Shown piece after piece: positions 1-12,231 of a stretch of 64,000 bases of DNA. The stretch comes from Vicugna vicugna (Eukaryota): NCBI GenBank assembly GCA_013265495.1, contig MU061538.1, forward strand, positions 870,001 through 934,000, given 5' to 3'. Each line of letters begins with the position of its first letter. Positions within the stretch are counted from its first letter, which is position 1. Both the position numbers and the translations under genes were made by a program. Below the pieces are notes generated by a model. The model had not been told where the DNA came from, made no database searches, and saw nothing but the letters and a program-made list of their open reading frames with translations.

Positions 1-674
1 TCTAACAGAGGGGAGATTGTAAGGTTATACTTGAAGCAACGGACTTCTTGTTAAAACATAAGCAACCAAAAGGAAAAACCGCTAAATAAATCAGCTTTTG
101 TATCTCCATAAACTCTGAAACAAACTTCAAAGGCCAACGAATCAAACTGATTTCATGCCTTCCCAGTAAACGTGTAATCTTTATCTATTTGTAGTATCGC
201 TCCCTTTCCCTCCTTTACAGCACATTTCTAAAACCCCATGCCGTGGTGTATTTCAGTATTTTCTTTTCTGCAGACCTTTTGCAAAGATCCCGGTGGTGGA
301 GGAAGAGCAGCTCTGTAGAGCTGTCTATTAGCATTAGCAGGAGTAATGACAAAGTCAAGTGATCCCACCCGGCACTGAGAGGCCAGCAGAGGGCGCCCAG
401 GAACCAGGCAGCGGCACGTGTGCACGAGTGTGAGCACGCACGTGTTTCAACGAAGCAACACCAACAGCTTTAAAGGGAATTTGTTCTTATGCTCACCCTG
501 TGAAGAGTGGGCAGCCCTAAAAACACCATCTTGAAGCCATCACCTAAGTACAGAAGTGCAGCAGTTTTTTGAAATTTGCTAGGTAAGTTGGTGAATACAA
601 ATGAAACATTTTAAATTTGGAAACAGATACATGTAAACAAAGTTCTGCACATCAGTCAGAAGTCATTATGTGGT

Positions 675-806
675 GGGGAAGGTACAGCTCAGGGGTAGAG
701 CATGTGCCTAGCATGCACGAGGTCCTGGGTTCCATCCCCAGTGCCTCCACCAGAAATAAATAAATAAGTAAATGAACCTAATTACCCCCCCCACCAAAAA
801 TAAAAT
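675..806 (+). mobile_element. tRNA-Ala-derived SINE (camelid Vic-1-like)
   Basis: Head GGGGAAGGTACAGCTCAGGGGTAGAGCATGTGCCTAGCATGCACGAGGTCCTGGGTTCCATCCCC with A/B-box-like motifs, then (AAAT)n and an A-rich tail. Confidence 0.85.
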
Positions 807-1251
807 AACAGTTGAACTGCCATTAAGAAAAATAATTACACAAAAAATTAAGATAGCCATCCATGTCTTTATTTTTTTAATAAGGTAACATTTGTGACAA
901 ATAACTTAATAACATATTGTACAGAAGACTATCTTCAAAAAAATCTGCATTTTCAAAAACACAAAACTTACTGGATAGAAAGGACCTTACACAAAAACGA
1001 TAGTGTAACAGGCCTTTAGTCACAAACAAGGAAAATATATTTCAAGTTTGCACAAAGAGCTATTTGGCTGGATTACAGTTTTACAAATCATTGCCAACTA
1101 TCACAGGCTAATGAGAAAAATTTGAATTATATAATCAGGTACCCAGGATACTTCAGAGATTCTTCCCACTGGCGTTAATTTTCAAAACTGAGATGCTATA
1201 AATAAGCACAAAACACACGAGGTCAATGCGCAGAGAAACCAGATTCCATAC

Positions 1252-1349
1252 CTTTACTCGTTCTTCAAACGGGACCACGAAGGGCAGTTCTGTTAGGATG
1301 GCGAGCTGCCTCTCCTCGGACACAGACAGCGGCGGGGACTCCGAGCCCA
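1252..1349 (-). CDS. UBE3C: UBE3C exon 16 (98 nt): (V)GSESPPLSVSEERQLAILTELPFVVPFEERVK
   Basis: Acceptor tgttgcAG, donor AAG|GTATGG; peptide matches UBE3C; phase consistent with exon 15. Confidence 0.96.
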
Positions 1350-1663
1350 CTGCAACACAGTTCAGACCCCGTTAGCCGGGCGCTCTCCCTTCCAGACCCG
1401 CCAGGCTACGTTCAGTTTGAGACATTCGTTCTTCAGGAGGCCAAACCGTATGCAGGGACACCACCACTAGTCTGGCTGCCAACGGCGGGGCAAGGGGCTG
1501 GCTACCAAGGCACGAGGCAGCTCCTGGAGTGACGAAACGACTCTACCTGGTTGATCGTGCTCAGAACGCACAGCAGAGTAGACCGAAGAGCGGCGCTTCG
1601 GTACGTGAGCTACCCCGTGACGCACCTGAGCTGAGGGAGATGTGTGGGGCCCCGGGGACTCAC

Positions 1664-1751
1664 CATCCAGGGTGGACCGCAGGGGGCCGATCCTCCCCAT
1701 TCGCCGGAACCGCCACGCGTTTCTAGACGCTGGCACGTAGAGTTGGGTGAC
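1664..1751 (-). CDS. UBE3C: UBE3C exon 15 (88 nt): VTQLYVPASRNAWRFRRMGRIGPLRSTLD(V)
   Basis: Acceptor tccccacAG, donor ATG|GTGAGT; peptide matches UBE3C. Confidence 0.96.
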
Positions 1752-2111
1752 CTGTGGGGACCAGACACCCCGCTCAGCACTGCCTTCGGCTCCAGCACAA
1801 ACATTTAACTCATCTCAGTCACACTGAATCAGCGTTTCACGTTCAGTTAGGCCCCCTGCTCTGACTCAGGTTCTTTACAGGAGACCTTTTCACACTTTCT
1901 CTCTGTGCTGCTGCCCTGTCACGCTTTTACTCTGTAATTACTTTTCCTAAATACGCCCCAAGAAATCTCTCCTTGCTCTGTTCAGTGACTGACAGCGTCT
2001 GGACACAGCACATCATCATCACGCGGTTGCTGGACGGATCCTACCCTTGCTTACGTTACCCTTAAAGGACTGACAATTTCTTACTGTTACCAAATATTTA
2101 CTTTCTCAAAA

Positions 2112-2491
2112 AAATACCTTATGCTATCACTCACACGTGGAATCTAAAAAAATGACACAAATGAACTTTTTTACAAAACAGAAATAGACTCAGACATAAA
2201 AAACAAACCTACGGTTACCGGGGAGGTGGGAAAGGGGGTGGAGGGATAAATTGGGAGTCTGGGATTTGGAGATACTAACTACTACGTATAAAATGGATCA
2301 ACAGCAAGGGCCTGCTGTGCAGCACAGGGAACCACAGTCAGCACCTCGTAACAGCCTATAATGGAAAAGAATCTGAAAAGGAGTATGTGTGTGTGTGCAT
2401 GTACAACCAAAACATCCTGAAGCGTTATGCTGACACCAGAAACTAACACACAGTAAACGGACTGTACTTCGGTAAAAAAAGAAAAAATTTC
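2112..2491 (+). mobile_element. 5'-truncated L1 3' end (cetartiodactyl type) with target-site duplication
   Basis: L1 3' motifs (GTGGAATCTAAAAAAATGACACAAATGAACT, GGGATAAATTGGGAG, AGCACAGGGAAC), A tail; ACTTTCTCAAAA at 2100-2111 and 2492-2503. Confidence 0.88.
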
Positions 2492-2503
2492 ACTTTCTCA
2501 AAA

Positions 2504-2820
2504 TTAAAAACACACTGAGCATCCAGATAAGGCTGGTATCGCATGCTATCTCGTAAGCTGCTTTACTCTGTCAGGTCCCTTCCGCCCCGTAACTGTCGGT
2601 GGAGAGGCAGAAACATCTGTCCTGTAATCTCTCTCATCATCTGGATCTTGCTAATTGCATCTCACGGTGTCAACATGTCCTTCCAGGCCCTCCACTTCCT
2701 ATAAACTTGCGGTTACAGCTGGAGGTTTCACCACACTCAGGTTTGGTTCTGCAGAAACACTTCAGAGGTGGACGGTGTTCTTCCCTCAAGAGGCACATGT
2801 GGTTCGGCTGCTCCAGGTCT
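2504..2820. mobile_element. Old L1MC-like 3' fragment
   Basis: Resembles recalled L1MC4/5 3' consensus (CTGGATCTTGCTAATTGCATC, AGAGGCACATGTGGTTCGGCTG). Confidence 0.5.
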
Positions 2821-4181
2821 GTGCGCTGTTTCCACAGTTCAGCACTGAGATCAAGAACTTGTGGCAAAGCAGCAGTCGATTATGCCACCAGACACACTGC
2901 TCAGTCAGCTGGTACTTTCCTGGAGCAAAACTTCCTGGCGCACAGCAGCAGCACAGACCTGCCGCCTCCCGGGGCCTGTGTGGGGACACCTGCGCGGCAC
3001 GGCCGACACGGCTGCCGGTGCTGGGGCCTGTAGGACGGCGTGACTCCAGTCCAGAAAGGCCTTCTTTGTGCATCGTCAGCTGGGTCTACATCAAGAAGTG
3101 TCTCACAGCATCGACTCCTTGGCTGGCCCAGGTACCAACCACACAGGAGGGGCAGGCTGGCGTGTGGCACTTCTCTTTACAAACCAGTACTCAAAACTCA
3201 GGTGCGTCCTTCATGAATGGCTGCTGGTGTGCTTCTTCTCAGCATCCGTTTCGCAAATGCACACACACAGGCTACTCCGTCCTCTGCGCCCGCCTTGCCG
3301 ATGCTCCCTCCCACCCCCTCTGGCAGCTCCAGGCCTCACACGGCCTCCCACGGTCTCTGGCTCCCTGGCGACAGAACAACCCACACCCATCTCGGGTAGC
3401 TCTCCCCCGGGCCTACAACCCACCACTGCGCCGAGGACTCTTTCTCTCCGGCAGGAAATGCTGAGAAACCCCACGGCGGGCCCAGGAGGTCTCCCCGCTA
3501 CAAGGGACTGTTGCGGCTTCTCAGCCTGGTCAGTGGGCAGAACCAGAGCCACATGTGACCTTGAAGATGCAACCTTTCACGTGGACAAAGCAAAGCTGCT
3601 GAACCTGCTCTACAACACCCTTGCTCTCTTTGAACATTCCCGTAACCTGGTTTCTTCTCTACCCGGCTCTCTGCCCCACCCTCGAGATTCTGAGATCAAT
3701 CCTGTCCTGCCTTTTTCTGACAGACAAAAATGAAACCCCTCATGTCCTTTGTTAATGTTGTTTTAATTTATTTTCAAACAGATTATACTATTAAATCTAC
3801 TTTAGCTCTAGATCTTAATACTCAATCTGTCTCTATGCCTTTAGAAAAATCACAAGTTTCATTTCTTTTAAGCACTAAATAAATACTGATAATAACAATA
3901 AAGGCAAATTTTTTTAACTCCACCCAGAACTATTAGGCTTCAATACACTTTGCGGTTAAAAGGGAAATGAGGGTTAATAACAAACGCAGGACGCACACGC
4001 TGGCCAGTGATGCCACATACACCTATCGTGGGCCACGAGCTGCTCATGCAGAAGTTTACTACTACTATTTAGGTGCATGCTAAGTAATAAACAACTTTAA
4101 AGGATTTATTTTTCTCCCTCGAAAGTGAAAAGCTGAAAAAAACATTTAATGAAAAATACTTGAGAGATCTTTCAGTAGCAC

Positions 4182-4286
4182 CTTATCTGCTTTAATGTCT
4201 TCTTGTTCTGACAGCCAGTGATTTGGAGGACAGAAACTTCTCCTTGTGTCTCTGGACTTCAGCATCTTCACCAGGTTGGTGATGAC
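4182..4286 (-). CDS. UBE3C: UBE3C exon 14 (105 nt): VITNLVKMLKSRDTRRSFCPPNHWLSEQEDIKADK
   Basis: Hand translation (absent from ORF track); acceptor tttcctcttcAG, donor AAG|GTGCTA; phase 0-0. Confidence 0.96.
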
Positions 4287-6615
4287 CTGAAGAGGAAACA
4301 CAGGACCACGTCACACACAAGCTCGGGTGGCCAGGGCGCAGCAGCAGCAGCGGGAGCGAGGCCCGCGCGGCTCCTCACCGACATGCCGGAGGGCATGCGG
4401 GCTTCCACGGTTAAGAACCGGCCAGACGCCACCGGCCCAGTTTATAGAAGAGCATCTCATTCCGCCACCAGAAGAGCTAAGTCCTTCATACAAAGTGGTT
4501 GGCTATCTACCAACAAAGAGAGAAAAATTAACACAAATATGTGCAAGACCCGATTTTTTAAAAAACTACAAGGGAGGTAGGTTTAAAACACAAATCTGGA
4601 AATGCATTAGCTCGAGCACAGCACTTCCCCTAAGGTCAAACACATGTCTTACTTCTCTGAAAGCCACCATCAAGGACACCAGGGTGAGAGCCGCGTCCTG
4701 GGAACACCTCACATCTTCCAAAGAAAAAGCCAATCTCGGGGCTCCTCTCACACAAGCCTCTGGAGTTAGGAATACTTCCCACCACGCTTCCACGAGACTC
4801 GGCCTAACTCCCTCCGTGAGGTTTCCCAGATGCCCTGGCCTACCCAGACTCCCCCCCGCACCCCCACAGCTCAGCCCTTCCGTGCTTCCTCCTGGCGGGC
4901 ATGAGCCCCCCCCCCCAGCAGGAGGCGCCCATGAGCAGAGCCCGCCAGCCCCCGGGACGCCTAGGAGGGGCCTGACGGCTGCCTTGGGGTCAGCAATGAA
5001 CTGTAAACTCTGTGATGGATGATTAAAGAGATCAAACAGCAACTGTCTATTTTTAAAAGATGAAGCTGTATGTTAAATAGAAACGTGTTTTGTAATAAAC
5101 AACGATAAATCAATACAAAGTTGTAAATCCAATTTCAAACCTTTACAAGCAGGACTGGATCACACAGCTGCCATGTAGTTTAAAAACTATGATGATGTTT
5201 TCAGAAAAAGCCATCAGGCTTGTGTACACATTGCCTTTAATTAGATAAAATACAATTTGGATAAATAAATTTCACTGTGTCCAACGAAAGTGGGTGAGAA
5301 CGGGTCCTCGGCTGGCGTCTCAGGCCACTACAACATGAACCCCACTGGGATGACATGTTCACAGACAGAAAAGGAACACCTGGGCAGTTTGGCCAGCAGA
5401 CAAAACCATGTGAGTAAAAGCCTCCCGCGATCCAGCGCGCAGCCTGTAACTGGTGGGTGTGTTCTACCAGCTGAGCCGTGGTGCCTGCCTTGCGGCGCTT
5501 TAATGCCTCTTGTAACACTGTGCTAAAATACCCTCTGGAATCCGCAGAAATTAGCCCAGGTAAGTCGTCAGGGTGAATTCAGAGTTTATTATCCCTGACT
5601 CTGGATTCTGCTGTGGCTGCCCAGGGGTTCAGTGACACACACACCATGTTTTATGATAACTGATTTTAGTGCAGCTGAGAGAAGCCTAGCTTTTGGTTCT
5701 ACCTGGTTAACTGCTGGTCATAAACAAAGCATGGTCACTGACCTAACGCACTTAATTCCTGGAAGTCTCTCAGCTTTGCTCCTCCAAAGACAAAATCTCA
5801 GTGAGTTACAGTGTGTGTGCTGCCGTGGTCACACAGAGCACGCCACAGACACTCAACAGGTGCTCTTCCAGCAGCGGAGACAGGCGCAGTCTTTTGGTAT
5901 GAAGAACATTATGTCTTCTCTTTCCATTTACATAACCAATTACACTGATATTTTAAATAAATTCAGATTTAACGCCTATTGTGCTGAAATCTACCCATAA
6001 CACACCACGAGTGCCGACAAAGACTCGACCCTGAGCAGCACTCGCGCATGTGTGTGAGCTGTCCTCTTCCACTCAGGGCCTTTGTGCGTCACCCCCCATG
6101 CATCGCCTCCACCAGACTCCACTCCAAGGAGGAGCAACGTGCTCAAGTTCACGTGAAAGGCAGGACGAGGGCTGCCCACCTCCTGATACTACTGTCCAAA
6201 CCCCATTTCTGAGGATGTCTACTTTCTCTAGGTCACAAATGTCACTAAACTATCTAAGAGGCAACTGATGGAACAATGTACATTCCTCTTTTAAATTCTG
6301 GTGAAGTTAAGCATTATGAAGTTTCAGTATAGGGCAACCCCTTTCATATTTTCATTCTAAGTATGAAAAAGGAAGCAATAAACCATTCATAAAAATGTCC
6401 TATCCTGGTGTCACTGATCTTTTCCAAAAATTAAGGAAAGAAAGAGAGGCAGGGGGAGGAAGGGGAGGGAGGAAGGAGGGAAGAAGGAGAAGGAACAAGA
6501 GAGATCTGGGCTGAGAAGACTCGGGAGGGGAGGGGGATGGCAGAAGTCACTGGGGAAAAGCGCATCCTAACCAGTCACAGTTGATGGGAGACAAAACTTG
6601 AAGGTGAGCCCCCGA

Positions 6616-6876
6616 CAGGCCTGCCAGAGAAAGTCCAGGACTCCTAGGTGAATCTGAACTTCAGATAAACATCAAGTCAATCTTTTAGTGTAAATATGTC
6701 CCAAGTATTGCTTTATTCAAACTGTAAGTATGTCCCAAATATGGCTTTTTCGAAAGTATAAATGTATCCAAAATACTGCCCAGGATATACTTACATCTAA
6801 AACACATTTGTTATTTACCTGAAAACCAAATCCGACTGAGTGACACCTATTTTGTGTGCTAAATCTGGCAACACTA
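6616..6876. mobile_element. MER53-like palindromic DNA-transposon MITE with internal tandem amplification
   Basis: Ends CAGGCCTGCCAGA and TCTGGCAACACTA; inverted arms TTCAGATAAACA / TGTTATTTACCTGAA; core TAAGTATGTCCCAAATA. Confidence 0.85.
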
Positions 6877-9699
6877 GCCCTGGATTAACTCCCCAAACAC
6901 TTAAAACGTCAAATTTTAAATTCAAGTATTTTAAATTCAAGTAAGAACACTTCTCTCCTTCATTTCAATGATTTATCTTCTAAGTTTTAGAGAAAAATAC
7001 AAGTTGTAAGAAACCATGGAAATTTAACTGGATCCCTTTTGTGATTTCAAAACACCTTTGAACATGCTCCTTTTCTCTGCATTCACTTTCAGTATCACAA
7101 ACTCAACTGCTACTGAAAAAGCAAAGCTTAAGAAGTAACCAATAAAAAACCACACAAATTGACGAAGGATTGTCAAAAGGTCAGAAAAACTGGAGTAGCA
7201 ATTTAAAACTGGATCAACAGACATCCAGTGTTGAGATCAAAAGAGTTTTCCTTTCAGTTAATTTTATGCAATTTCCTGGCATATAACTGCCTACCAAAGA
7301 AGACTGCCCCAGAACGGAAAGACTGGCAGAGCTTCAGACTACACAGGCCCCAAGTCATGGCTGGTGCGATTCTGCAAACTGAGATCAAGGGTTACAAACA
7401 TCAGTGGGTCTTAATCCCAGCTGCACATTAGACCCTCCTGCAGACAGATGCCTACATGGGGCGCCACCAACAGCAACTGCACACTGCAACCGGGACATCC
7501 TGAGACACAGGGAAGCTTGAGAACCAGAGTGTTAAGACATAAAACATAAAACTGCGAACAAGCAGACCCTGGAGTAACCAGATGCACCTCGCTCAGCACA
7601 CAGTTCTAGCAGACTTCACCAGTGATGAATACAGCTGCATCACATTCACATGACGCATTTAACCCTTGTCTCCCAAGTCATGTCCGTGCCAGATCCAAAC
7701 TGTAGATCAAACACTCAAAAACTAATAAAATTATTTAAGCGAGTACTCAGAAATGCACAAAACTGTTATGCATGCTCGATTATTCATCACTGAATTTAAA
7801 AATAGGTGACATCTGTAAACAGGTCCCCTTAACCTCAGTGTTAAAAAGATCAAGCAGATGATGGCTCAGAAACACAGACTACTCATAAAAACCCCACCTG
7901 ACAACTGCCCAAGCTAAAGGCGCTCAATTAACACGCCTACTTCACAAGACCGCTGTCTGTCCGACAGCTCGCGGCTATGCTGGCCACAAGAGGACCTGAC
8001 TAGCAACCTCAGGGAAACAGTCTTACTAAACGTTACATATATTATTACAGCAGGTACCACATGCATCTATGTATTACTGACAACAATACACATAATGGCG
8101 ACTCAACCACGGCACTTCTGAAAGGAAACCCCTGGTATTCAGTTACACGACTGCAACCAAGAAAAAGTCCATACAGTTCAAACTCTGAAAGGCAACTGTG
8201 AGACTAAATGACATTATGTATATAAAATAATAATTTCTTCTTATCTTAAATCTGACATGTAAAATCCCGAAGGTAAAATCAAACATCTTGGATAATTATT
8301 TGAGAACTTCAAAACAAAGCACGGGACATAGCACATAAATTATGGGCACCTGGAAGTGCGGTGAATACACATAAAATAATAACTCTTTTCGATTTTCATT
8401 TCACAGTGAAGCACACACACAGAAATGAAACAAGTGAACCAGCAAGGCACCAGGTCTAAGACGAGCATCCCGTGAAAGGCCAGAGCGCCGCCGCCCTGCC
8501 GTGAAGCGGGGGTGCGGGATGGTCTCAGCAGCCGTGCTCGCCACCCATCTGCCCCCAGCTCTGTTCTAGCTCAGTCAGCCGGAAGCCTGTCTTCTCCACT
8601 ACATAGAGACATTCAAAGAACACGGACTCTGCCCGACTGCACTTCTGGCCCCCAGCACAGGGAGGAGCCAGTGCTTCCGGGACACACGATGCAGGTGCTG
8701 AAGTCACTGCCAGTGACAGCGCCCTTGCCTATAAAAGACAGAGGTGTCTGTCCATGGTTAACACAGTGTGACACAGCCCTTAGTCACTACCTGTTGAAAC
8801 TGTACAGTTTTATTAAAGTTAACAGTATTCTCCAGCACATCTAAAACACCACAAAACTATTTCTTACAGTATCCATTTGATTTAGGAGTCAGACCAAAAC
8901 CAACAAAAATCTTCCAAGATGGAAAAGGACTTGGCACAGCTTGGCCACTTCTGAAGGGAGCCTGGTCGGCCTGACTCGGACGACCTGGTGGGTAGTGGGG
9001 CACGTTACCATGACAGCTGGGGCACTGCTCTTGTTTCCATTTTCCACCTTTTTAAAGAGTCTTTTTGAAACTGAAAAATACAAATCAACCACCAGGAAAG
9101 CAAAGGTCCCTCACAGTCCGCCCTCTCTGTGCAGAGATGTGCGCAGATGAGGAAGGGTCTCCCTCCAGCCCCCAGCACACCTTCCCGACCCCAGGGGGTG
9201 ACCCCACTGCAGGTTGGCAGCTGCGCACAAAGGCAACTCACAAAGGAACTCCCATCTCCTCGCGGGGCTAAAGCAATTACAGCTATAAATTACACTTCAA
9301 GAGGAGTTTATAAATTTGATAAATGCATAAACTGTTTTAGCAGTGTCAATGCGGGGCTTAGAAACTGACCTCAATTCTTACAGGGACAAAGAAAGATGGC
9401 TCTATCCACTTAAAAGTCTATGTTGTGCGACCAGCCACCAGAGCCTCTCTCAGAAATTAGTTCGAGAGGACCATCAGGAGTCTGAAAGACGAAAATGGCT
9501 GGGGGTCGAAGGCATCGGGTCTCATCACATGCACCTCCGTCAACGTCAACTGAGGGCAGGAAATCACGGGCAAAATGCTAGTACCTTCTTTGCGTGATTT
9601 TACCTTGAATTCTTCAACTCAGATTTGACACTGGGATACACAGAAAGTGCTGAAATGCTACGCTGGTACCCTCCAGAGGGGCAATGGAGAGGAGCAGCT

Positions 9700-9850
9700 G
9701 AGTTCAAGTGCTGGCTCTGTCGCCCGCCAGCCGTGGGGCCTCACCTGTGCCACGGGGGTGAGCACAGCGTCTCACGCCCAGAATTATTGCAGGAAACGAG
9801 CGAGCACGTGTAAGGCCCTCCAAGTGCTGCTGGAGACACAGCAGCCACTG
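9700..9850. mobile_element. Degenerate MIR fragment
   Basis: GTTCAAGTGCTGGCTCTGTC...CCTCACCTGTGCCACGGGGGTG resembles the MIR core. Confidence 0.5.
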
Positions 9851-11711
9851 AGGGCAAATTCTTCTCATTTCACACCAAAGATAATTTTTTCTTAGAAGAA
9901 AAATTAATAGCAGTTGAATCCTTTCAAAGACTGTGCCTTGATTTGTTTTGTTCTGAGGACTCAGCTCAAGAGCAGGCAGTGAAAAAAAAAAATCTTTCTC
10001 AAAGAACAAGAATCCTGTTCAAAAAACTGTCCTCAAACAATTCTGTTCTAAACTCAGAAGACCTTCATAACAACTCAATTTCAAATCTAAAACAATCCTG
10101 TTCCAAAAAAGTGAAATTTCATTTTAGTTCTTAAAACAAAAACAAAACCACTCAACCCTTAATAAAGTAGCAACGAGGCATTTTGAGGCACAGGAAAAAA
10201 TTCAGTACAAAATTCCATTTAATGCTTAAGCAAAATAAACTAGGACCAGGGGAAAACACCTTACACAGCATTATTAACTTCAGAGATTTCTGGGTCCTAA
10301 AGATAAGCCTGTCATATGAAAATTATGAAAGTCTGAACAGGTGCTATAAAACAGCGAAATTATTTGACACTGTACACAAACCTGGTATCACACATAATGG
10401 AAAGTCTTACTAACAATGATCCCAGAGTTTAATTAAATACTTAGAAGAAAAACACATATGCTACCATTAATACCCATATCCAGGAACAGCTTACATAAGA
10501 ATTGTAAGTTTAAACGGGTGATATAGCTTATTTTTAACTCAGAAACGTTGCAGAAGTGTCGGTCTTTAAGCAAGGATATATTAAGGGCTCAACATGTGAC
10601 CTTAAAAGTTTACCCAGAAACAGAGAGACAGGCAATTAAAATAAATTGTGCAAACATATATTACCTCAATCTGCACACATTATAAATTCAATGGTGCATT
10701 AGTACTGTATTCAGTGCAATCAAAACATTATCAGTTACTCTCACCACTACTGACGCTCGTGCTCATAAGTGAAATGTGTTGTAAAACCAGGCAGAATGGG
10801 CTGGAGAGGGACTGCCTCGCGCTCGCAGGATGAATAAGCGTCCTTAATTAGCCCATCAGGTTAAGTGCAAGCATTAATGGGCCTTTCCTAAAGTCTAGCT
10901 TGACATCTCTCTCCAAACATGGCCAAGAAGAAAGTTCCATTAGCAATATTAATACAAGCTTAGTTGATCATTTTCATTCAATTAACTTCTTTCAATTAAA
11001 TAGATAGCTTGACAAAAGCAGTGATGAAAGACCTAAAGGGACAGCTGATGACTCGAACTGAACATTAGTGTGCGAGAGGTCGCCGGTATTAAACGGACTG
11101 TAAATCTAGCATTCAATTTGGAAAATGCATTTCTTCTGCTCTCACCCCTTTAATGAGCAGTTTTAGCTGACTAGATGTGTTTGCTGCAGAAATTTCATGG
11201 GAAGTCAAGCACCCTTTCTCTTTTCTTTTTTCTACCCCAACAGCTACAGTCTCAGTGGTGGTGGTCTCCTGCCAACACTCCAGCCATGGCAACTCATAAC
11301 TTCTCTCTCTACACGGCTAAAAATGAAGATATTTTGAAGTAATTTATATTCACCTTGCATTAAATTAATGACCTTATTTGATATTTATTAATTAATTTCT
11401 TTAAAGATTAAAAAATTAAATCAGTAGGAGATCTTTCAGTCAAAAATAAAAATATTTTAAAAAATTTTTCATTTCTACAACACGTTCTCACTTTAAGTAC
11501 TTGGGCAATTTAGAGAAGATACCGCTAACAAAAACTAGGCTTTAAACGGAGGCAAACGTAAGACGAAAATGACTTTTCTTAATTTAAAAGTTTTGTGAAC
11601 TAAAAATTATGCCTGAACAAACCTGTACTTCTATTCTTCTAAAAGGAGCCAAGTCAAAAAAAGTTGTACATTATTTGACCTCAGTAAAGCAAAAATGCAC
11701 ACGCTGTCTAC

Positions 11712-11944
11712 CTTAAACAGCTGAATCCACCGCTTCTGCTCCATCTGTATGCACCGCTGCATCTCCGAGCTCGTAGTGACTCCAATGCTGCGAAACGCCG
11801 TGACATACTCTTCCCGAACCTCTGGCTTTGTCTCTGGGTACGCCAGCTTGATGATCCCCAAGCAGGCGTCTCGAAGGCATCGAGACAGTATTACCAGCTC
11901 TTCTAAAGTGAAAGGCATCATTGACGACGGCCTCTGACCTACAA
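11712..11944 (-). CDS. UBE3C: UBE3C exon 13 (233 nt): (V)VGQRPSSMMPFTLEEL...EQKRWIQLFK
   Basis: Overlaps ORF 11631..11921; acceptor catcttcAG, donor AAG|GTAGAC. Confidence 0.96.
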
Positions 11945-12073
11945 CTGAAGATGGAATCCGGCTTCTAGCATGTTTTTTTTCCTTTCATTTCTTAACACAT
12001 ATCAAAAGACTCAAAAGGCTTAAAACTTTTCTATCATCTATGAAAATGGACAGGTCAGCAATAAAATCCTTAC

Positions 12074-12231
12074 CTTCCATGGGGTCACCGAAGAACTCGT
12101 TGTCATGGATGGAAATCAGTGAATGACTAAACAAGGAGCTGAAAAGGTAAAAGAGGGGGATGATTCTACTAGAATCTTCAAAAGACATTGGAGAGCCCCT
12201 TGATATCACCTGGAGCAGTGGAACCATAGAC
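12074..12231 (-). CDS. UBE3C: UBE3C exon 12 (158 nt): (G)SMVPLLQVISRGSPMSFEDSSRIIPLFYLFSSLFSHSLISIHDNEFFGDPME
   Basis: Overlaps ORF 11985..12227; long pyrimidine tract plus AG, donor AAG|GTAAGG. Confidence 0.97.

Noticed and set aside
675..750. tRNA-Ala-like sequences here, at 27210-27285 and at 54821-54900
   Set aside because: Degenerate stems, A-rich tails and, in one case, a perfect TSD identify them as SINEs rather than tRNA genes
2599..3733. Overlapping long ORFs (269, 221 and 144 aa) antisense to UBE3C
   Set aside because: No recognisable domain, several frames open at once in GC-rich sequence, non-ATG starts, and the 5' part overlaps an old L1 fragment
6689..6780. Spaced direct repeats superficially resembling a CRISPR array
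   Set aside because: Mammalian intron, contiguous tandem units without unique spacers, located inside MER53, and no cas genes
6913..6942. Small tandem duplications (ATTTTAAATTCAAGT x2; similar near 18748, 25048 and 45270)
   Set aside because: Ordinary replication-slippage products with no sign of function
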